DNA from: an uncultured delta proteobacterium
GTDB taxonomy: Bacteria; Desulfobacterota; Binatia; Binatales; Binataceae
Length of the DNA: 64,000 bases
NCBI GenBank assembly: GCA_963724765.1
Contig: CAVRVY010000003.1
Coordinates: forward strand, 672,001-736,000
Direction of reading: 5' to 3'
Shown here: piece after piece, positions 41,179 through 52,267 of the stretch
How positions within the stretch are numbered: position 1 is the first letter of the stretch
How the letters are laid out: the number at the start of each line of letters is the position of its first letter
Notes under the pieces: model-generated
Told to the model about the DNA's origin: nothing
Databases searched by the model: none
Seen by the model: the letters and a program-made list of their open reading frames with translations, nothing else
Program-made: the position numbers and the translations under genes

Positions 41179-41325
41179 CTACAACCGCCTGGTGACAAGC
41201 AACACGATGAGTACAATGAGGATGATTCCGCCGATCCCGATTCCGCCATAGGGTCCATAGGCGTAATAGCCGCCGCCGCCACCAAACAGCAAGAGTAGGA
41301 TCAGAATCAGTAGCAAAGGGGACAT
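41179..41325 (-). CDS. DUF3309-like small membrane protein
   Basis: MSPLLLILILLLLFGGGGGYYAYGPYGGIGIGGIILIVLIVLLVTRRL; AGGAGG RBS. Confidence 0.75.
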   Translation of the reverse strand: MSPLLLILILLLLFGGGGGYYAYGPYGGIGIGGIILIVLIVLLVTRRL

Positions 41326-41498
41326 GAATCATACCTCCTGGAGACACTAGGACAGTTGCAATCGAGGCTAATTCTGAGTTTGACCAAGGCTGATCTCGCC
41401 ATCATTCCCAGATTGCCATGTTCTTATGCATTTTTGGCGCATCACTCCTGCTGAAGATCGTCGTCGTGGACTCGAGGACTTCTCCGACTGCGGACGGT

Positions 41499-42329
41499 TC
41501 ACACATGAAGCGCGTGATGAGAGCCAACGGCGCGCTGGAAGTGCGGAACAGCGGATTGTTGCCTTTTCGCGGAATGCGCGGGTAAGTCGGCCGTTGTGAA
41601 TAGTCCCCCGTCCGTGCTCGGTAGCGAAACGTTCATCGCGTTTTCAAGCATATCCACGCGGACGATCAATTGGCGGCCTTGACGAATGACCAGCTGCTCG
41701 CGCTCCATTTGAGCCAGGTGCTCGGTGACCCTGGGCCGCGAGGCGCCGACCAGGTCGGCAATGTCCTGGTGGCTGAACGAGACCCGCAAAAGGGCGCCGC
41801 GCGACTCGCTGATTCCGAAGTCGGAAGCCAGTTCGAGCAGGGTAATCCCGATGCGTTCGTGGAGCCCGAGGTTGAGAAAGCTCGAACTGCGCAGCAGCAG
41901 CCGGTAGCACTGCTGCAAATCGTTCTGATGAAAGGTCTTGAACATCGACTGCGAGCGATGCGCGGCGATACCTTCGAAGTTGCTCCAGCTCAGACTGCCG
42001 ATGCGGCAATCATTGTAAGCTTCGCAGCGAAAATCGAAGCGCCTGAGTTGCAACGACGGAAACTCCGGGATCGGACCCGGCGGCAGCAGGGCGATGGTCA
42101 CCCGCTCGCCGCGGGCATTCTGACAAGTGACGCGCGCGATGCCTTGCAACAGGATATGCGCGTCGGAGGTAAGCGCGGCCTCACGGAAAATTATTTGCGG
42201 CCGTTTGAAGTTGGTCAGCGCCAGCGCTCCCGCCAGCACCCCCAGCTCCGCGACCGAGAGCCATGAAAGAGCCTTGAGCCGGGTCAGTTTGTCGAGGTCA
42301 CTGTCTGGGGGATTTCGGGTTCCATTCAA
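41499..42329 (-). CDS. Crp/Fnr-family transcriptional regulator
   Basis: cNMP-like domain; ERI..TLLELA.DFG...SHQDIADLVGASRPRVTE HTH. Confidence 0.88.
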   Translation of the reverse strand: MNGTRNPPDSDLDKLTRLKALSWLSVAELGVLAGALALTNFKRPQIIFREAALTSDAHILLQGIARVTCQNARGERVTIALLPPGPIPEFPSLQLRRFDFRCEAYNDCRIGSLSWSNFEGIAAHRSQSMFKTFHQNDLQQCYRLLLRSSSFLNLGLHERIGITLLELASDFGISESRGALLRVSFSHQDIADLVGASRPRVTEHLAQMEREQLVIRQGRQLIVRVDMLENAMNVSLPSTDGGLFTTADLPAHSAKRQQSAVPHFQRAVGSHHALHV

Positions 42330-42479
42330 CTTTGCACCTTAAAGAGCATGTCACGACCCTATGCCCCTGCGCGGTGATCAAGCAAACGGAATGTTATCTA
42401 TGGAACATAAGCCGTGTCTTATAAAGGACTATCTCGGCGGCCTGCAAAAGGCCAAACCGCCACGGAGTGCCGCGCCGGC

Positions 42480-42665
42480 ACGGTCACCCGCACGCCCTGC
42501 CGATCGGGAACGCCGAAGTTCTCGCTCAGCTCCAGCAGAATCAGTCCTCTTGTTGCTCGGACGCACAGCGGGCGGCAAGTCAGTTCAGCTGTCGCGAGGT
42601 GAGCCAAAACAGATTCTCAAGCTCCGCGATTTTCGGATTCCTGATAATCGTATACTGCGCGTAGC
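42480..42665 (-). pseudogene. Remnant of a second Crp/Fnr paralog
   Basis: LILLELSENFGVPDRQGVRVTVPARH parallels ITLLELASDFGISESRGALLRVSFSH of the adjacent gene. Confidence 0.55.
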
Positions 42666-43121
42666 ATCAATCTACGCGTAGTATCAACTTCACAGAATGC
42701 TGCGCAAGGCAACGATCCGGTTCGACGCACTTGGTGCTTCATGTAACCAAGTCGCGCCAACAGCAAGCCTCTTCTTCGCCTTTCTCGTGCTAACGTTAAA
42801 CTAGTTAATCGGACGACAAGACACTGAGGGCAGCGCTCGGCTTACCGTGGCTTGAAACGAGCGTTAAACCCGGCAACACAATATAAGTCAGTCTTCACGC
42901 TGACGTGACACTACCAGAAGTCGAGGTGCATACAATGCGGTATGGAATAGCATATTTGTTGGGGGTCCCTTTGTCGGTTCTCGTTCTTTGGTATGTGCTA
43001 AGTCATTTACTCTGAGGGCGACATACAGTCTCGGCGCCGTTGGATGAATCTCGCAGCCATACCGGTGGCGATACAACCTGGAATCAGATCGAAGTCAAGA
43101 GATAGCAGTCAGGAAACGCAT

Positions 43122-43637
43122 GTGGCTAAGGCAGTATTCGGAATAGCGAAAGATGAATCGCAGGCCGTCACCATTGCCGACGATCTAAAAGCCGCGGGAT
43201 TTTCGCGCGACGACGTCTCGGTTCTGTACCCCGACACGAGCGGAACGCGAGATTTCGCGCATGCGCAGCACACCAAGGCTCCCGAGGGAGTGGCCACGGG
43301 AGCTGGCACCGGGGCGGTGCTTGGAGGGGCTTTTGGGTGGCTGGTCGGCATCGGCGTGCTGGCAATCCCAGGCGTCGGACCCCTTATCGCAGCGGGCCCG
43401 ATCCTGGCAGCACTCGCGGGCGCAGCTGCCGGCGGCGCGGCCGGGGGAATCACCGGAGGCTTGATCGGGATGGGAATGCCGGAATACGAAGCGAGGCAGT
43501 ACGAAGGGAAGATTAAGGACGGCAACATCCTGATGTCGGTGCACACTGAGGATGGAACACGCCGCGCCCGTGCGAAGGAGATCTTTCAGAACGGCGGCGC
43601 GGAAGACATCTCGTATACCAACGAGGCTTCAGTGTAG
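43122..43637 (+). CDS. General stress protein-like, Gly-zipper membrane protein
   Basis: AGFS..DVSVL, KAPEG.ATGA.TG, IPGVGPLIAAGP, LIGMGMPEYEA..YE; GTG start inferred. Confidence 0.8.
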   Translation: MAKAVFGIAKDESQAVTIADDLKAAGFSRDDVSVLYPDTSGTRDFAHAQHTKAPEGVATGAGTGAVLGGAFGWLVGIGVLAIPGVGPLIAAGPILAALAGAAAGGAAGGITGGLIGMGMPEYEARQYEGKIKDGNILMSVHTEDGTRRARAKEIFQNGGAEDISYTNEASV

Positions 43638-43664
43638 CAGCCTCACCAAGAAACGCTGGGCTAA

Positions 43665-45647
43665 ATGAGTCTGCCTAAGGTGACATCTATCGGATCATCA
43701 GATTCGAACTCAAGGACATCTAAGAACACGCCGTCGAAGCAGGCATCGTCGCTGGTGAAGAGCGATTGCAGCAGAGCCGAGGGCGACGCTCACGGGGGCT
43801 CGCAGCAGATAACCGGCCCCGCGCCCGGTTCATCGCAATTGGACAACGTAGACGAAGCGCTACAGCGAAACACCACCGCTGATGATCCTGACAGCGCCGA
43901 TGGGCTGGCTTTCGTTTGGACCGCGTTACCGATCGTGACGATAGTGTTCGCGACGGCGGTTCTATATCGCGGACGCGACGTACTTCTGCCGCTGACGATG
44001 GCCCTCATACTGGCAGTCATCTTTGGCCCGCTCGCAAATATTTTAGAACGATTTGTAAACCGGATTCTAAGCGCGGCCTTCGTGGTTCTTTTGGTGATCG
44101 TAACTATTGGGGCATTAGGGTATTTTCTCGCGGTTGAGCTTACCACCGTAGTAGACCACGTCGCAGGCTATTCCGATAATATTGGAAACAAACTGGCTGC
44201 TCTCGAAAAAGTTTCGCCGGTATGGCTTCAACATTTCAAGTATGCGGTTTCCGACGTCCAACGCCGGGTTGAGACAAATAATCATGCGCCCGTGTCATCG
44301 AGAACAGTTCAGGCGTTACCTTCTACAAGCATGAGTGACGATTTAAGCCTGGTCTCTCCGGTGCTGAGTGGCGTCGTTGAAGCCTTGCTCATTACGGTAC
44401 TTCTGTTCTTTTTGCTTTACAGTAAACGGGACTTGCGCGACCGCTTTGTACGCTTGGCAGCCCGAGCCCGAATTACTGTGGCGCCGCAAGCGATGGAAAC
44501 CGCAGCGCACACCGTCGGACGCTACCTATTGCTCTTCTCGTTAACAAATCTGGGATTCGGCGTGGCATGCGGTTTGGTAACCTGGCTTCTGGGGCTACAG
44601 AATGCGGTTTTGTGGGGCCTACTCGCCTTCTTACTGAGATTCATACCGTACGTAGGCGCGATGACGGCGGCGATTTTGCCGGCATTGGTGGCCTTTGCCG
44701 TGTTTCCGGGGTGGTCCAAATCTTTGGAGATACTCGGTTTCTTCACATTCTTTGATCAGATCGCAACTCACGTCGTCGAGCCCTTCATAGTCGGACCGGG
44801 CATAGGTGTATCGCCGGTGGCTCTGCTGGTTTCCGCGATGTACTGGTCGTGGCTGTGGGGATTGCCGGGCCTGCTGCTTGCGACGCCGCTGACCGCATGC
44901 CTCAAGGTCGCGGGCGACTATATTCCCGCGCTTGGTTTCCTCTCAGTGTTATTGGGCGCTGATCGAGAGCTCGATGACTCTCATGACTTCTATCGAATGC
45001 TTCTTGAACTGGACTCCATGGGCGCGCGCGACTTGGCTATTCGCTTTTGCGATGAAAATGGTTTGGAGCGGACGTTCGACGACATTTTCATTCCGGTTTT
45101 GTCGCTGGCGGGTGAAGAACGAGCGGAAAACCACATAAGTCAGGACAATCTACAATTTATTCTTAAGATTATTCGAGAGCTGATAAAAGATCTGGGTAAT
45201 CGCTTTATCAGACCTCGAACACGGGGAAGACTCCGGGTATTAGGCCTATGCGCCCCTGGCGAGGTCCATGACTTGGGCTTGTTGATGCTCCTTGAGCTCC
45301 TTCGCCATGCCGGAGCAGCGGCCAAGTTAGCGGACGAAGGCAAATCGCCGGATGAATTGCGGGGTCTCATCAAGGATTTCGCGCCTGAGCTGGTCTGCGT
45401 CTCTTGTACAGTGACCGATTGTATGCCGGCTGCGCTGGAATTGATCGCCGCTATCAAACAGGATTCACCCGCGTTGACAATAATCGGCGGCGGCAGGGCG
45501 GCTCTGTGGGATGCGACTAAGTTCGTCGCTGCCGGGTGCTCCGAGGTTTGCGGGAGTAGGGAAGAAGCGCGCCGCTCCATACGACGTTTCGCGCTAAACA
45601 GAGCAAGATCTCACGTGGCTGGTTCACGCGCGATGGCCCGAGCATAA
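43665..45647 (+). CDS. AI-2E-family transporter with a C-terminal cobalamin-binding-like domain
   Basis: DLRDRFVRL, LRFIPYVG, WSWLWG..GLLLATPLT; C-terminal APGEVHDLGL...GG.A Rossmann fold. Confidence 0.82.
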   Translation: MSLPKVTSIGSSDSNSRTSKNTPSKQASSLVKSDCSRAEGDAHGGSQQITGPAPGSSQLDNVDEALQRNTTADDPDSADGLAFVWTALPIVTIVFATAVLYRGRDVLLPLTMALILAVIFGPLANILERFVNRILSAAFVVLLVIVTIGALGYFLAVELTTVVDHVAGYSDNIGNKLAALEKVSPVWLQHFKYAVSDVQRRVETNNHAPVSSRTVQALPSTSMSDDLSLVSPVLSGVVEALLITVLLFFLLYSKRDLRDRFVRLAARARITVAPQAMETAAHTVGRYLLLFSLTNLGFGVACGLVTWLLGLQNAVLWGLLAFLLRFIPYVGAMTAAILPALVAFAVFPGWSKSLEILGFFTFFDQIATHVVEPFIVGPGIGVSPVALLVSAMYWSWLWGLPGLLLATPLTACLKVAGDYIPALGFLSVLLGADRELDDSHDFYRMLLELDSMGARDLAIRFCDENGLERTFDDIFIPVLSLAGEERAENHISQDNLQFILKIIRELIKDLGNRFIRPRTRGRLRVLGLCAPGEVHDLGLLMLLELLRHAGAAAKLADEGKSPDELRGLIKDFAPELVCVSCTVTDCMPAALELIAAIKQDSPALTIIGGGRAALWDATKFVAAGCSEVCGSREEARRSIRRFALNRARSHVAGSRAMARA

Positions 45648-45790
45648 GCAATGAACACGGCGCCGGCTGAGTGGCTTACTTCTTTATTGGCTCGATCGAA
45701 GCGTCGGCATTGTAGTCTGGCCACCACCGCCACTCGAGCGTGTTCAGTAACCGACCGGGAACCGCGCCCACCAGGCTATCAGCTATGGCC

Positions 45791-46611
45791 TCAATGAGCG
45801 CCCTGGACCACGATCACGCAACGGTCGCCATCCGGAACTTCTTCGAGCGGCAATCCGATTTCGTCGGCGAATCTCTTTCCCACGATCAGCAGCCGTCCGG
45901 GACTCTGGCGGAATAATTGCTGGCGGCTGCGCTGGGTGAGTACGTCGGTGTGAAAAAGCCGCCCCAGGCGCGCCCGCGCGTCGCGAATCATATCGACCAG
46001 GGCGGCATCGGGCTGAGTGGCACTATCGCCAGCGCGTCGTGGGATAGCAGCAGCGCGCGCAACCTGGATCGATTGTTGCGCGCGATGCGGGCGCCAAGAT
46101 GGAGCGCCGCGCGGCCGTCCGGCCCCGCATCGATCGCCGCGAACACGCGCTCGAATGGACGATCGGCCCCCTGGATAAAGGCGCCGACGTTGATGGGCAA
46201 ATTCTTCGCCTTGACGAACACTTCGCGCACGATCCCGCCGAGCGTGTCGCTGCCGGATGCCGCACGGTGGTAGCCCAGGAAAATCCACGCGACCTCGGCC
46301 GTGCGGGCGGCGGTGATGATATCGAGAGCCGGAGCGCTGGAGCGCATCGTCTGCGCGTCGATCGTCACGCCGCGCGGGCGGGCGTACTCGATCGCCGCCG
46401 TCAAGGCGGGCGGCGGGGGAAGCGGTGCCTGCGCCTGTACGCTGGGCGCTTCGGCGACTGATGCGCCGGCGCGCGGCGCTACCAGCGCAAGCACGCGAGG
46501 AGGCGGTTCGTCAGGATCGCTTGCCGCGAGCGCAATCGCCATGAGCGGCGCGACCCCATCGGGATTCGCGACCGCCACCAGGACTCCGCGCTTATGCGTG
46601 GTCGTCATCAC
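45791..46611 (-). pseudogene. Universal-stress-like domain protein (antiporter C-terminal type), frameshifted near 46010
   Basis: VLVAVANP, LGYHR, LGGIVREV, GPDGRAAL; the tail LLIVG...CVIVVQG is in a second frame. Confidence 0.55.
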
Positions 46612-46856
46612 CTGAAGGACTCCATCCAGACTGACCGCCCCTTCTCATCTGGTCAAACGCCGCCCACAGCAACACTGACGCTCCGTCACCAAAGCATATC
46701 CGACGGCGCAGCGCGCCTGTGAGCCCGCGATGCCGTCATCATGCCTGTCTCTCGCCAACCGCTTGTGACAGGCTGGAATTAGCGGAAGCCCACCGCGATG
46801 GCAGGATGCCGGAACGTCCGAAGGCGAGGGCAATGGATGGGGATGCGGGGCTGTAG

Positions 46857-48080
46857 ATGAATCGCGCGCGACGGCTTCTGGCGAGTGCTTGTGCGGCCGT
46901 GCTCGTATGCGGGCTCGGCGCCGCGCGGGCGCGCGCGGATGAACGGCCGCTCGCACGCGTTGTACTGATGCCCGAGCTGATCCCCGACGTTGTGCGGCAG
47001 CTGGCCCCGATAACCGTCGAGCTTGCGGCCGGCCGCATCAGCCCGCGCGCTTCCAAGATCGAGATCGGTGGCCTGGTCTATTGCGGCGGCGATGGGCAAC
47101 GCGGCGCGTGGGCGCTCGGTGTCGCCTATCCTAACTCTGCGGCGGCGAGTTCGAACGTGCTCTCGACCGCCGATTGCCAGGCTCCGCTGTCTAATGTCGC
47201 TCAACGGCTTGCGCATTCGCCCGGCGCCCCCGATTGGGTCGAGGTTATCAAGGCGCATGTCACCTGGACACCGTGGGCGTTGCGCTTCGCGATCGCCGAC
47301 GCGGCCGGTGCGGGTAGGAACGGGCGTCCAGCGCCCTCGCTCAAAGAGCTCGGACAGTTCAAAAGCTTCCCGACCTCGAACCTTCACATCCTGCCGCCGC
47401 CGGGCCAGGAGAACCGGTTCGACGTCGCGGTTGGATTTTCGGAATCATCGATCGTGGTGGCCGTCTTCCGCGCTGGCCGCACCAGCAATCCCGAGCCGTA
47501 TCTGAAGGGCGATCCCCTGCTCGATGCCGAGATTGCCGACGCCCCCGCACGCGCCAACGCCGTGGCCGATGCGCAATACGGATTCATTAACGCACTGCTC
47601 AGGCTATACGCGTCCTCATTCGATATTCCGCTTCAGCTCCAGGGCATGACACAGACGCTGGTGGCCAAAAACCTCAGCGCCTCGGGCGGCGACAACACGA
47701 TGACGGTGGCGGGACAGATAGAACTCGGAAACGTCAGCTACAACGCCGCAGTCCATTGCGAAGGCGCCGATCTCGCAATCCGCCAGGTGACGCTCACCGC
47801 GCCGGCGGCCAACTGCGATACCAACGATGTCGTCGGGCGGCTCCAATGCGAGGGGCAACAGGCGGCCAGCGGCGCGCTGGCCGCGGCCCTGACCAATGCC
47901 TACCAGGGTCAGAGGTTTCATTACTCGACGGGCGATCACCCGTTGCGTTTCACGCTCGGGGAGGCGGAGTTCGCGGCAAAGTTCGACGCGCTGAGATCGA
48001 GCTCACGAGGTTCAACTGTGAGCGAAGATGGAAACGTGACGATCGAGAGAATCGATCGCGCGCCAGTTTCGACGCGTTAG
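46857..48080 (+). CDS. Exported hypothetical protein
   Basis: Signal peptide ending ARA; 407 aa with paired Cys residues. Confidence 0.65.
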   Translation: MNRARRLLASACAAVLVCGLGAARARADERPLARVVLMPELIPDVVRQLAPITVELAAGRISPRASKIEIGGLVYCGGDGQRGAWALGVAYPNSAAASSNVLSTADCQAPLSNVAQRLAHSPGAPDWVEVIKAHVTWTPWALRFAIADAAGAGRNGRPAPSLKELGQFKSFPTSNLHILPPPGQENRFDVAVGFSESSIVVAVFRAGRTSNPEPYLKGDPLLDAEIADAPARANAVADAQYGFINALLRLYASSFDIPLQLQGMTQTLVAKNLSASGGDNTMTVAGQIELGNVSYNAAVHCEGADLAIRQVTLTAPAANCDTNDVVGRLQCEGQQAASGALAAALTNAYQGQRFHYSTGDHPLRFTLGEAEFAAKFDALRSSSRGSTVSEDGNVTIERIDRAPVSTR

Positions 48081-48284
48081 CGAAAACAATTTTGCTCTGC
48101 GCCGTTTCCTGCGGCGGCGCGGAGCCTGCCGCGATTTCTCGCTCGCCTCGATGCAGCAACTGGCCGATTCACGCGGTATGCCATCTCGCCAATCATCACC
48201 GCCTGGCACGTTGATGGCGCGCTCGCTCATACAATCGAGTGCGTCCGCCAGCCAGCTGACGGGCCAAAATCTCCTCGATGCCAT

Positions 48285-49409
48285 TCATAGTTCGCTATCG
48301 AGCCGCCCGTGTTGGTTCGGCCAACCCGCCGCGGCGGCGTTCGAGACCCGCTGTCCGACTTCACGGCGAACGATTGGAATCAACTCGCGGCCATAGTCGA
48401 TCGCGTCCTGGAGCGGATCGAATCCGCGAATCAGAAAAGTGGTCACGCCAAGGTCGTAGTAAGCGAGCAACGACTCCGCGACCTGCTCCGGCGTGCCCAC
48501 CAGCGCAGTGGTACTGCCACGCGCGCCGGTGGCGGCGGCCACGGCGGTCCATAGGCGTTGGTCCAGCACCTCGCCCCGCGCCGCCGCAGCGAGCAGGCGC
48601 TGCGAGCCTACATTCTGCGGCGCTCCCTTCGCCGGACCGAGCATCCCGTTGCCGCGGATCGCGCCGATCGTTTCGCGGATGCGCTCGGCGCGCCGCCACG
48701 CCGCGGCCTCGGTCGGCGCCAGGATCGGACGTGTCGAGAGGCTGAATTTTACGCTGCGCTGATAGCGCGCAGCGGAAGCCCGCACTTTCGCGATCGTCTC
48801 GGCAGCCTGGTCCAGCGGCTCGCCCCACAACGCGTAAACGTCGGCATAGCGGCCGGCGACTTCGATCGCTTCGTCCGAGGAGCCGCCGAAGTAGATTGGC
48901 AGATGCGGCTGCAGGGGTTTTACCTCGGAATATGCCGCGCGGAACTGATAGAAGGGACCGTCGTGATCGACGGGCGCCGCGCCCGCCCAGATGCGCTTGA
49001 GAATCCCGACGTACTCGCTCGTGCGCGCGTAGCGCGCGCGATGGCCCAGGAAGTCGCCGTCCCTCTGCTGCTCGGCGTCGTCGCCGCCGGTAATGATATG
49101 CACGGCGAGACGGCCGCCACTGAAGTGGTCGAGGGTAGCGAGCTTGCGCGCGGCCAGGGTTGGAGCGACGAAGCCCGGCCGATGCGCCAGCATCAGTCCT
49201 ATACGCTCGGTAGCCCATGCTGCGTACGAAGCGACGATAAATCCGTCGGGACCGTTGCCGAAATAACCGATCAGGATTCGGTCGAAGCCGGAACATTCAT
49301 GCGCCTGCGCAAAACGCCGGACGTAATCGACGTCGATCGCAGGATTCTGCGGCGGGTGAATTTCGGAATACTCGCGGGTCGCTATCATGCCGATGAATTC
49401 GACGTCCAT
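48285..49409 (-). CDS. LLM-class flavin-dependent monooxygenase (SsuD-like)
   Basis: AHRPGFVAPTLAAR..ATLD..S.GR, YFGGSS, LWGEP, ALVGTPEQVA. Confidence 0.9.
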   Translation of the reverse strand: MDVEFIGMIATREYSEIHPPQNPAIDVDYVRRFAQAHECSGFDRILIGYFGNGPDGFIVASYAAWATERIGLMLAHRPGFVAPTLAARKLATLDHFSGGRLAVHIITGGDDAEQQRDGDFLGHRARYARTSEYVGILKRIWAGAAPVDHDGPFYQFRAAYSEVKPLQPHLPIYFGGSSDEAIEVAGRYADVYALWGEPLDQAAETIAKVRASAARYQRSVKFSLSTRPILAPTEAAAWRRAERIRETIGAIRGNGMLGPAKGAPQNVGSQRLLAAAARGEVLDQRLWTAVAAATGARGSTTALVGTPEQVAESLLAYYDLGVTTFLIRGFDPLQDAIDYGRELIPIVRREVGQRVSNAAAAGWPNQHGRLDSEL

Positions 49410-49420
49410 TGCGTCTTCTC

Positions 49421-50578
49421 CTAGTTACTGATTGCCGCGAACGCCGCGCGGCCCGCGTTGAGCAGGATGCTGTCGTTCTGCGGAGTATGCACGCGGCTGC
49501 AGAGCACGTCCCGGTAATGCCGCTCCAGCGGATTTTGCCGGCTCAGCCCCGGATTCCCGACCAGCGCGATCGCGCGTTCGACTACGCTGATCGCATTGGT
49601 CGTAACCGTAAGCTTGATAAGTCCGCTTTCGTGAACATCCGGCGGTTTGCCCCAGTCGGTCCGCTCGGCGGCGGTCCGGATCAAGACCTGGTTGGTGAGC
49701 AGTTTGCCGTCGATCTCGCCGATCGCCTCCTGAAAACGCGGCAGCGTCGAAAGCGGCGCACCAAGATTGGACGGAGTTCGCTCGGTGAGATAGCGGGCGA
49801 GCCAGTCGCGCGCGGCCCGCGCGATTCCGTCATACAGCGCCGCGATCGGCAGCGTGAACCATGCCGTCTCGGCCGCGTCCGAAGCCGCCCACTGCGACGG
49901 AAGACGAAGGTCAACCGCATGATCGGCCGGCACCAGGACCGCGCTCAAGATTACTTCATGGCTCGCGCTCGCGCGCATCCCGAGATGATCCCAGCTCTCG
50001 ACCACCTGAATACCCGCGGCGTCGGCAGGTAGCAGCCAGATTCCCACGCGGGGCGTTTTCTCGTCGGTGCGCCCCCAAACGGCAAGCCAGCTCAGCAAAG
50101 GGATGCCGGTGGAATAGAGCTTGTGGCCGGAAATCAGCCAACCCCCGGATTGGAGCGTGGCGGTGGTTGCCGGCAAGCCTCCGCGCGCGGGAGTGCCGAG
50201 TTCGGGCTCAACGCGCAGATGGTTTATGAACGCCCCATGCTCGACCGCGTCGCGTGAGAGGCGTTCGATCAGATGACGCGGCCAGCGCGGATTTAGCGCG
50301 AGCAGCGCGTGCGCGACGTATTGCATGGTAAGGACGAGGGCGGTGGAAGCGTCGCCGCGCGCTATCGCGCCGACCACGGCGCAGGTTTCAAACAGTCCGG
50401 CGCCGCACCCACCATACTCCCGCGGGACCGTCAACGCTGCGAGCCCGGACGCGCACAGCCTGTCGAAGTTCTCGAAGGGGAAAGAGGCCTCGCGATCGTG
50501 CAGCGCCGCGTGCCGAGCAAATTCGCGTCCGAGCGCTTCGGCAATTTCATCCGGGCTGGTCTTCTTGCAGACCATCAA
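49421..50578 (-). CDS. Acyl-CoA dehydrogenase-family protein (SfnB/DszC-like)
   Basis: P.EYGG.G, GHK.YSTG, WD.LGMRASAS, LERHYRD. Confidence 0.87.
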   Translation of the reverse strand: MMVCKKTSPDEIAEALGREFARHAALHDREASFPFENFDRLCASGLAALTVPREYGGCGAGLFETCAVVGAIARGDASTALVLTMQYVAHALLALNPRWPRHLIERLSRDAVEHGAFINHLRVEPELGTPARGGLPATTATLQSGGWLISGHKLYSTGIPLLSWLAVWGRTDEKTPRVGIWLLPADAAGIQVVESWDHLGMRASASHEVILSAVLVPADHAVDLRLPSQWAASDAAETAWFTLPIAALYDGIARAARDWLARYLTERTPSNLGAPLSTLPRFQEAIGEIDGKLLTNQVLIRTAAERTDWGKPPDVHESGLIKLTVTTNAISVVERAIALVGNPGLSRQNPLERHYRDVLCSRVHTPQNDSILLNAGRAAFAAISN

Positions 50579-50746
50579 GCTCTCTCCTTAGGACGCCGCA
50601 CGCGAGCGCCCAATAGCAGGCCGCGCGCGTCGATGCGCCGGGTTCAGGGTCGCAGCAGGCACCGCTGGCCACCCGGGAACCGGGCGCCCCGGCCGCACGG
50701 CCGCGACGCCCTTGTCCGAGTCGGCGATCTCTAACGATGGGTATCC

Positions 50747-52267
50747 TCAACGATGAGTATCCTCGAGCGAAGTCGGCGCCATGATCGATTTCAGGTAGCT
50801 CGGAGAGGGAATCGGATAGCCCCTGCCCCAGTTCAGAATTATCGTGCCGCGGGAATTCTGCACGTCGATTACGATCGGCCCTGGATTGGTGGTCGCCTTC
50901 ACGCCCACGTTCCATTCGGCGAACGGACCGCCGGCGTAGTCTTCCGACCAGCGCTTGGGCCACTGCCATACCTTCCACAGATGGCCTTTGCGATCGAAAG
51001 CCATCGTCCACCACGTGTCCCAGTTCTCCCCGTCCCAGAAGTTGATCACGGCGCTGTATGGATTGCGCGGATCCTTGGGCGTGCGCAGAACCACCGCGTA
51101 CTTGCGTAGCGACCATACGTCGTCGACCAGCAATCCGGTCGGGCCGTACAGATGCGTATCGGGCTGGCGCATGTCGTGGATCGCAAGCACCGTCTTCCAT
51201 CCCAGGAATTTCCAGTTCCAGTTAACCACCCGATCGGCGAAGCCATAGAAGTCCGCGATCGTATGGTCGGTTCCGAGCAATGAGTCGGATTTGATTTCCG
51301 CGGTGACCCGCCGCACGCGCCGTATCGCGGGCAGGTAGGCCCAGGAATCGTCGGCGCGAAATGGATCGTTGTAGCGCCACACGATAAACGCGGTGCCGCG
51401 AATATCGAATGGGGTATAGAAGCCGGTGAACTCCTTGAACTCGAAATCCTTCGCGTCCTGGACTCCGGGCAGCAATCCGCCGGTGCTTGCGTATGGCGCG
51501 AGATGCGAAAGGTAAAAGCGCCAGTACACGCAGCCCATCGTCCGTTGAATCGTGCCGCCGCCGCCGTATTGCGCGGTCACGTCGGTCGGCAGCGTAGAAG
51601 TGTGCGGTATGGTCCACAACCCGAGCGGCGCCGGCAGTGTTATCTTCTCACCGTCATGGTTGCCCGGCAGCCGCACGATCGAGAGCAGCCAGTTGAGCGC
51701 GCCGTGTCCGGCGTTCTGCCATCGATATTCGAAGTTCCACGCCGCCTTGATTCCCGAGTCCGGTTTGTCGGCGCTCAGGGTGTCGTCGGCGAACGGCTGG
51801 CCGCACTTGTAGTTGGCGATCGAACCGTCTTTTTTCAGCACCACCTGGTTCTGATACTTCTCGGTGCAATCCATGAAGTCCTGGCGCGGCAAATGACTGC
51901 GGGTTGCGACGATCCTGACCCGGGCCTCGGGAAAATTGAGCTGTTCGAGATAGCCGGGAACCATGAACGGCCGCAGCCGCTCGAGGTCCTTCGACGTGAG
52001 TACGTCGCCCGGTTTGAAATCGGGAATCGCGTTCTCATATTTATGCAGCCAATCGACGACCGTATTTACCGTGTACTGCGATATGTCCGGAGTCGTGGCG
52101 TCGCCCGCGGCGAAGCTGCACGGTGCATGGAGCAACGCCGCAGCGCTGAACAGGCAGCAGAAAATTAGATGGAGCGCCGGCTTAGACTTTGCTCGGCGAA
52201 CGGGCGATAAGTCGAATTGCCGCTCACGATGCTGCGTTGGGACTATAGCGGAAGCCGGTGATGCCAT
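50747..52267 (-). CDS. DUF1329-family exported protein
   Basis: GQPF, AWNF, P.DIRG, DDSWAYLPAIRRVRR, DRKG.LWK. Confidence 0.8.
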   Translation of the reverse strand: MASPASAIVPTQHRERQFDLSPVRRAKSKPALHLIFCCLFSAAALLHAPCSFAAGDATTPDISQYTVNTVVDWLHKYENAIPDFKPGDVLTSKDLERLRPFMVPGYLEQLNFPEARVRIVATRSHLPRQDFMDCTEKYQNQVVLKKDGSIANYKCGQPFADDTLSADKPDSGIKAAWNFEYRWQNAGHGALNWLLSIVRLPGNHDGEKITLPAPLGLWTIPHTSTLPTDVTAQYGGGGTIQRTMGCVYWRFYLSHLAPYASTGGLLPGVQDAKDFEFKEFTGFYTPFDIRGTAFIVWRYNDPFRADDSWAYLPAIRRVRRVTAEIKSDSLLGTDHTIADFYGFADRVVNWNWKFLGWKTVLAIHDMRQPDTHLYGPTGLLVDDVWSLRKYAVVLRTPKDPRNPYSAVINFWDGENWDTWWTMAFDRKGHLWKVWQWPKRWSEDYAGGPFAEWNVGVKATTNPGPIVIDVQNSRGTIILNWGRGYPIPSPSYLKSIMAPTSLEDTHR

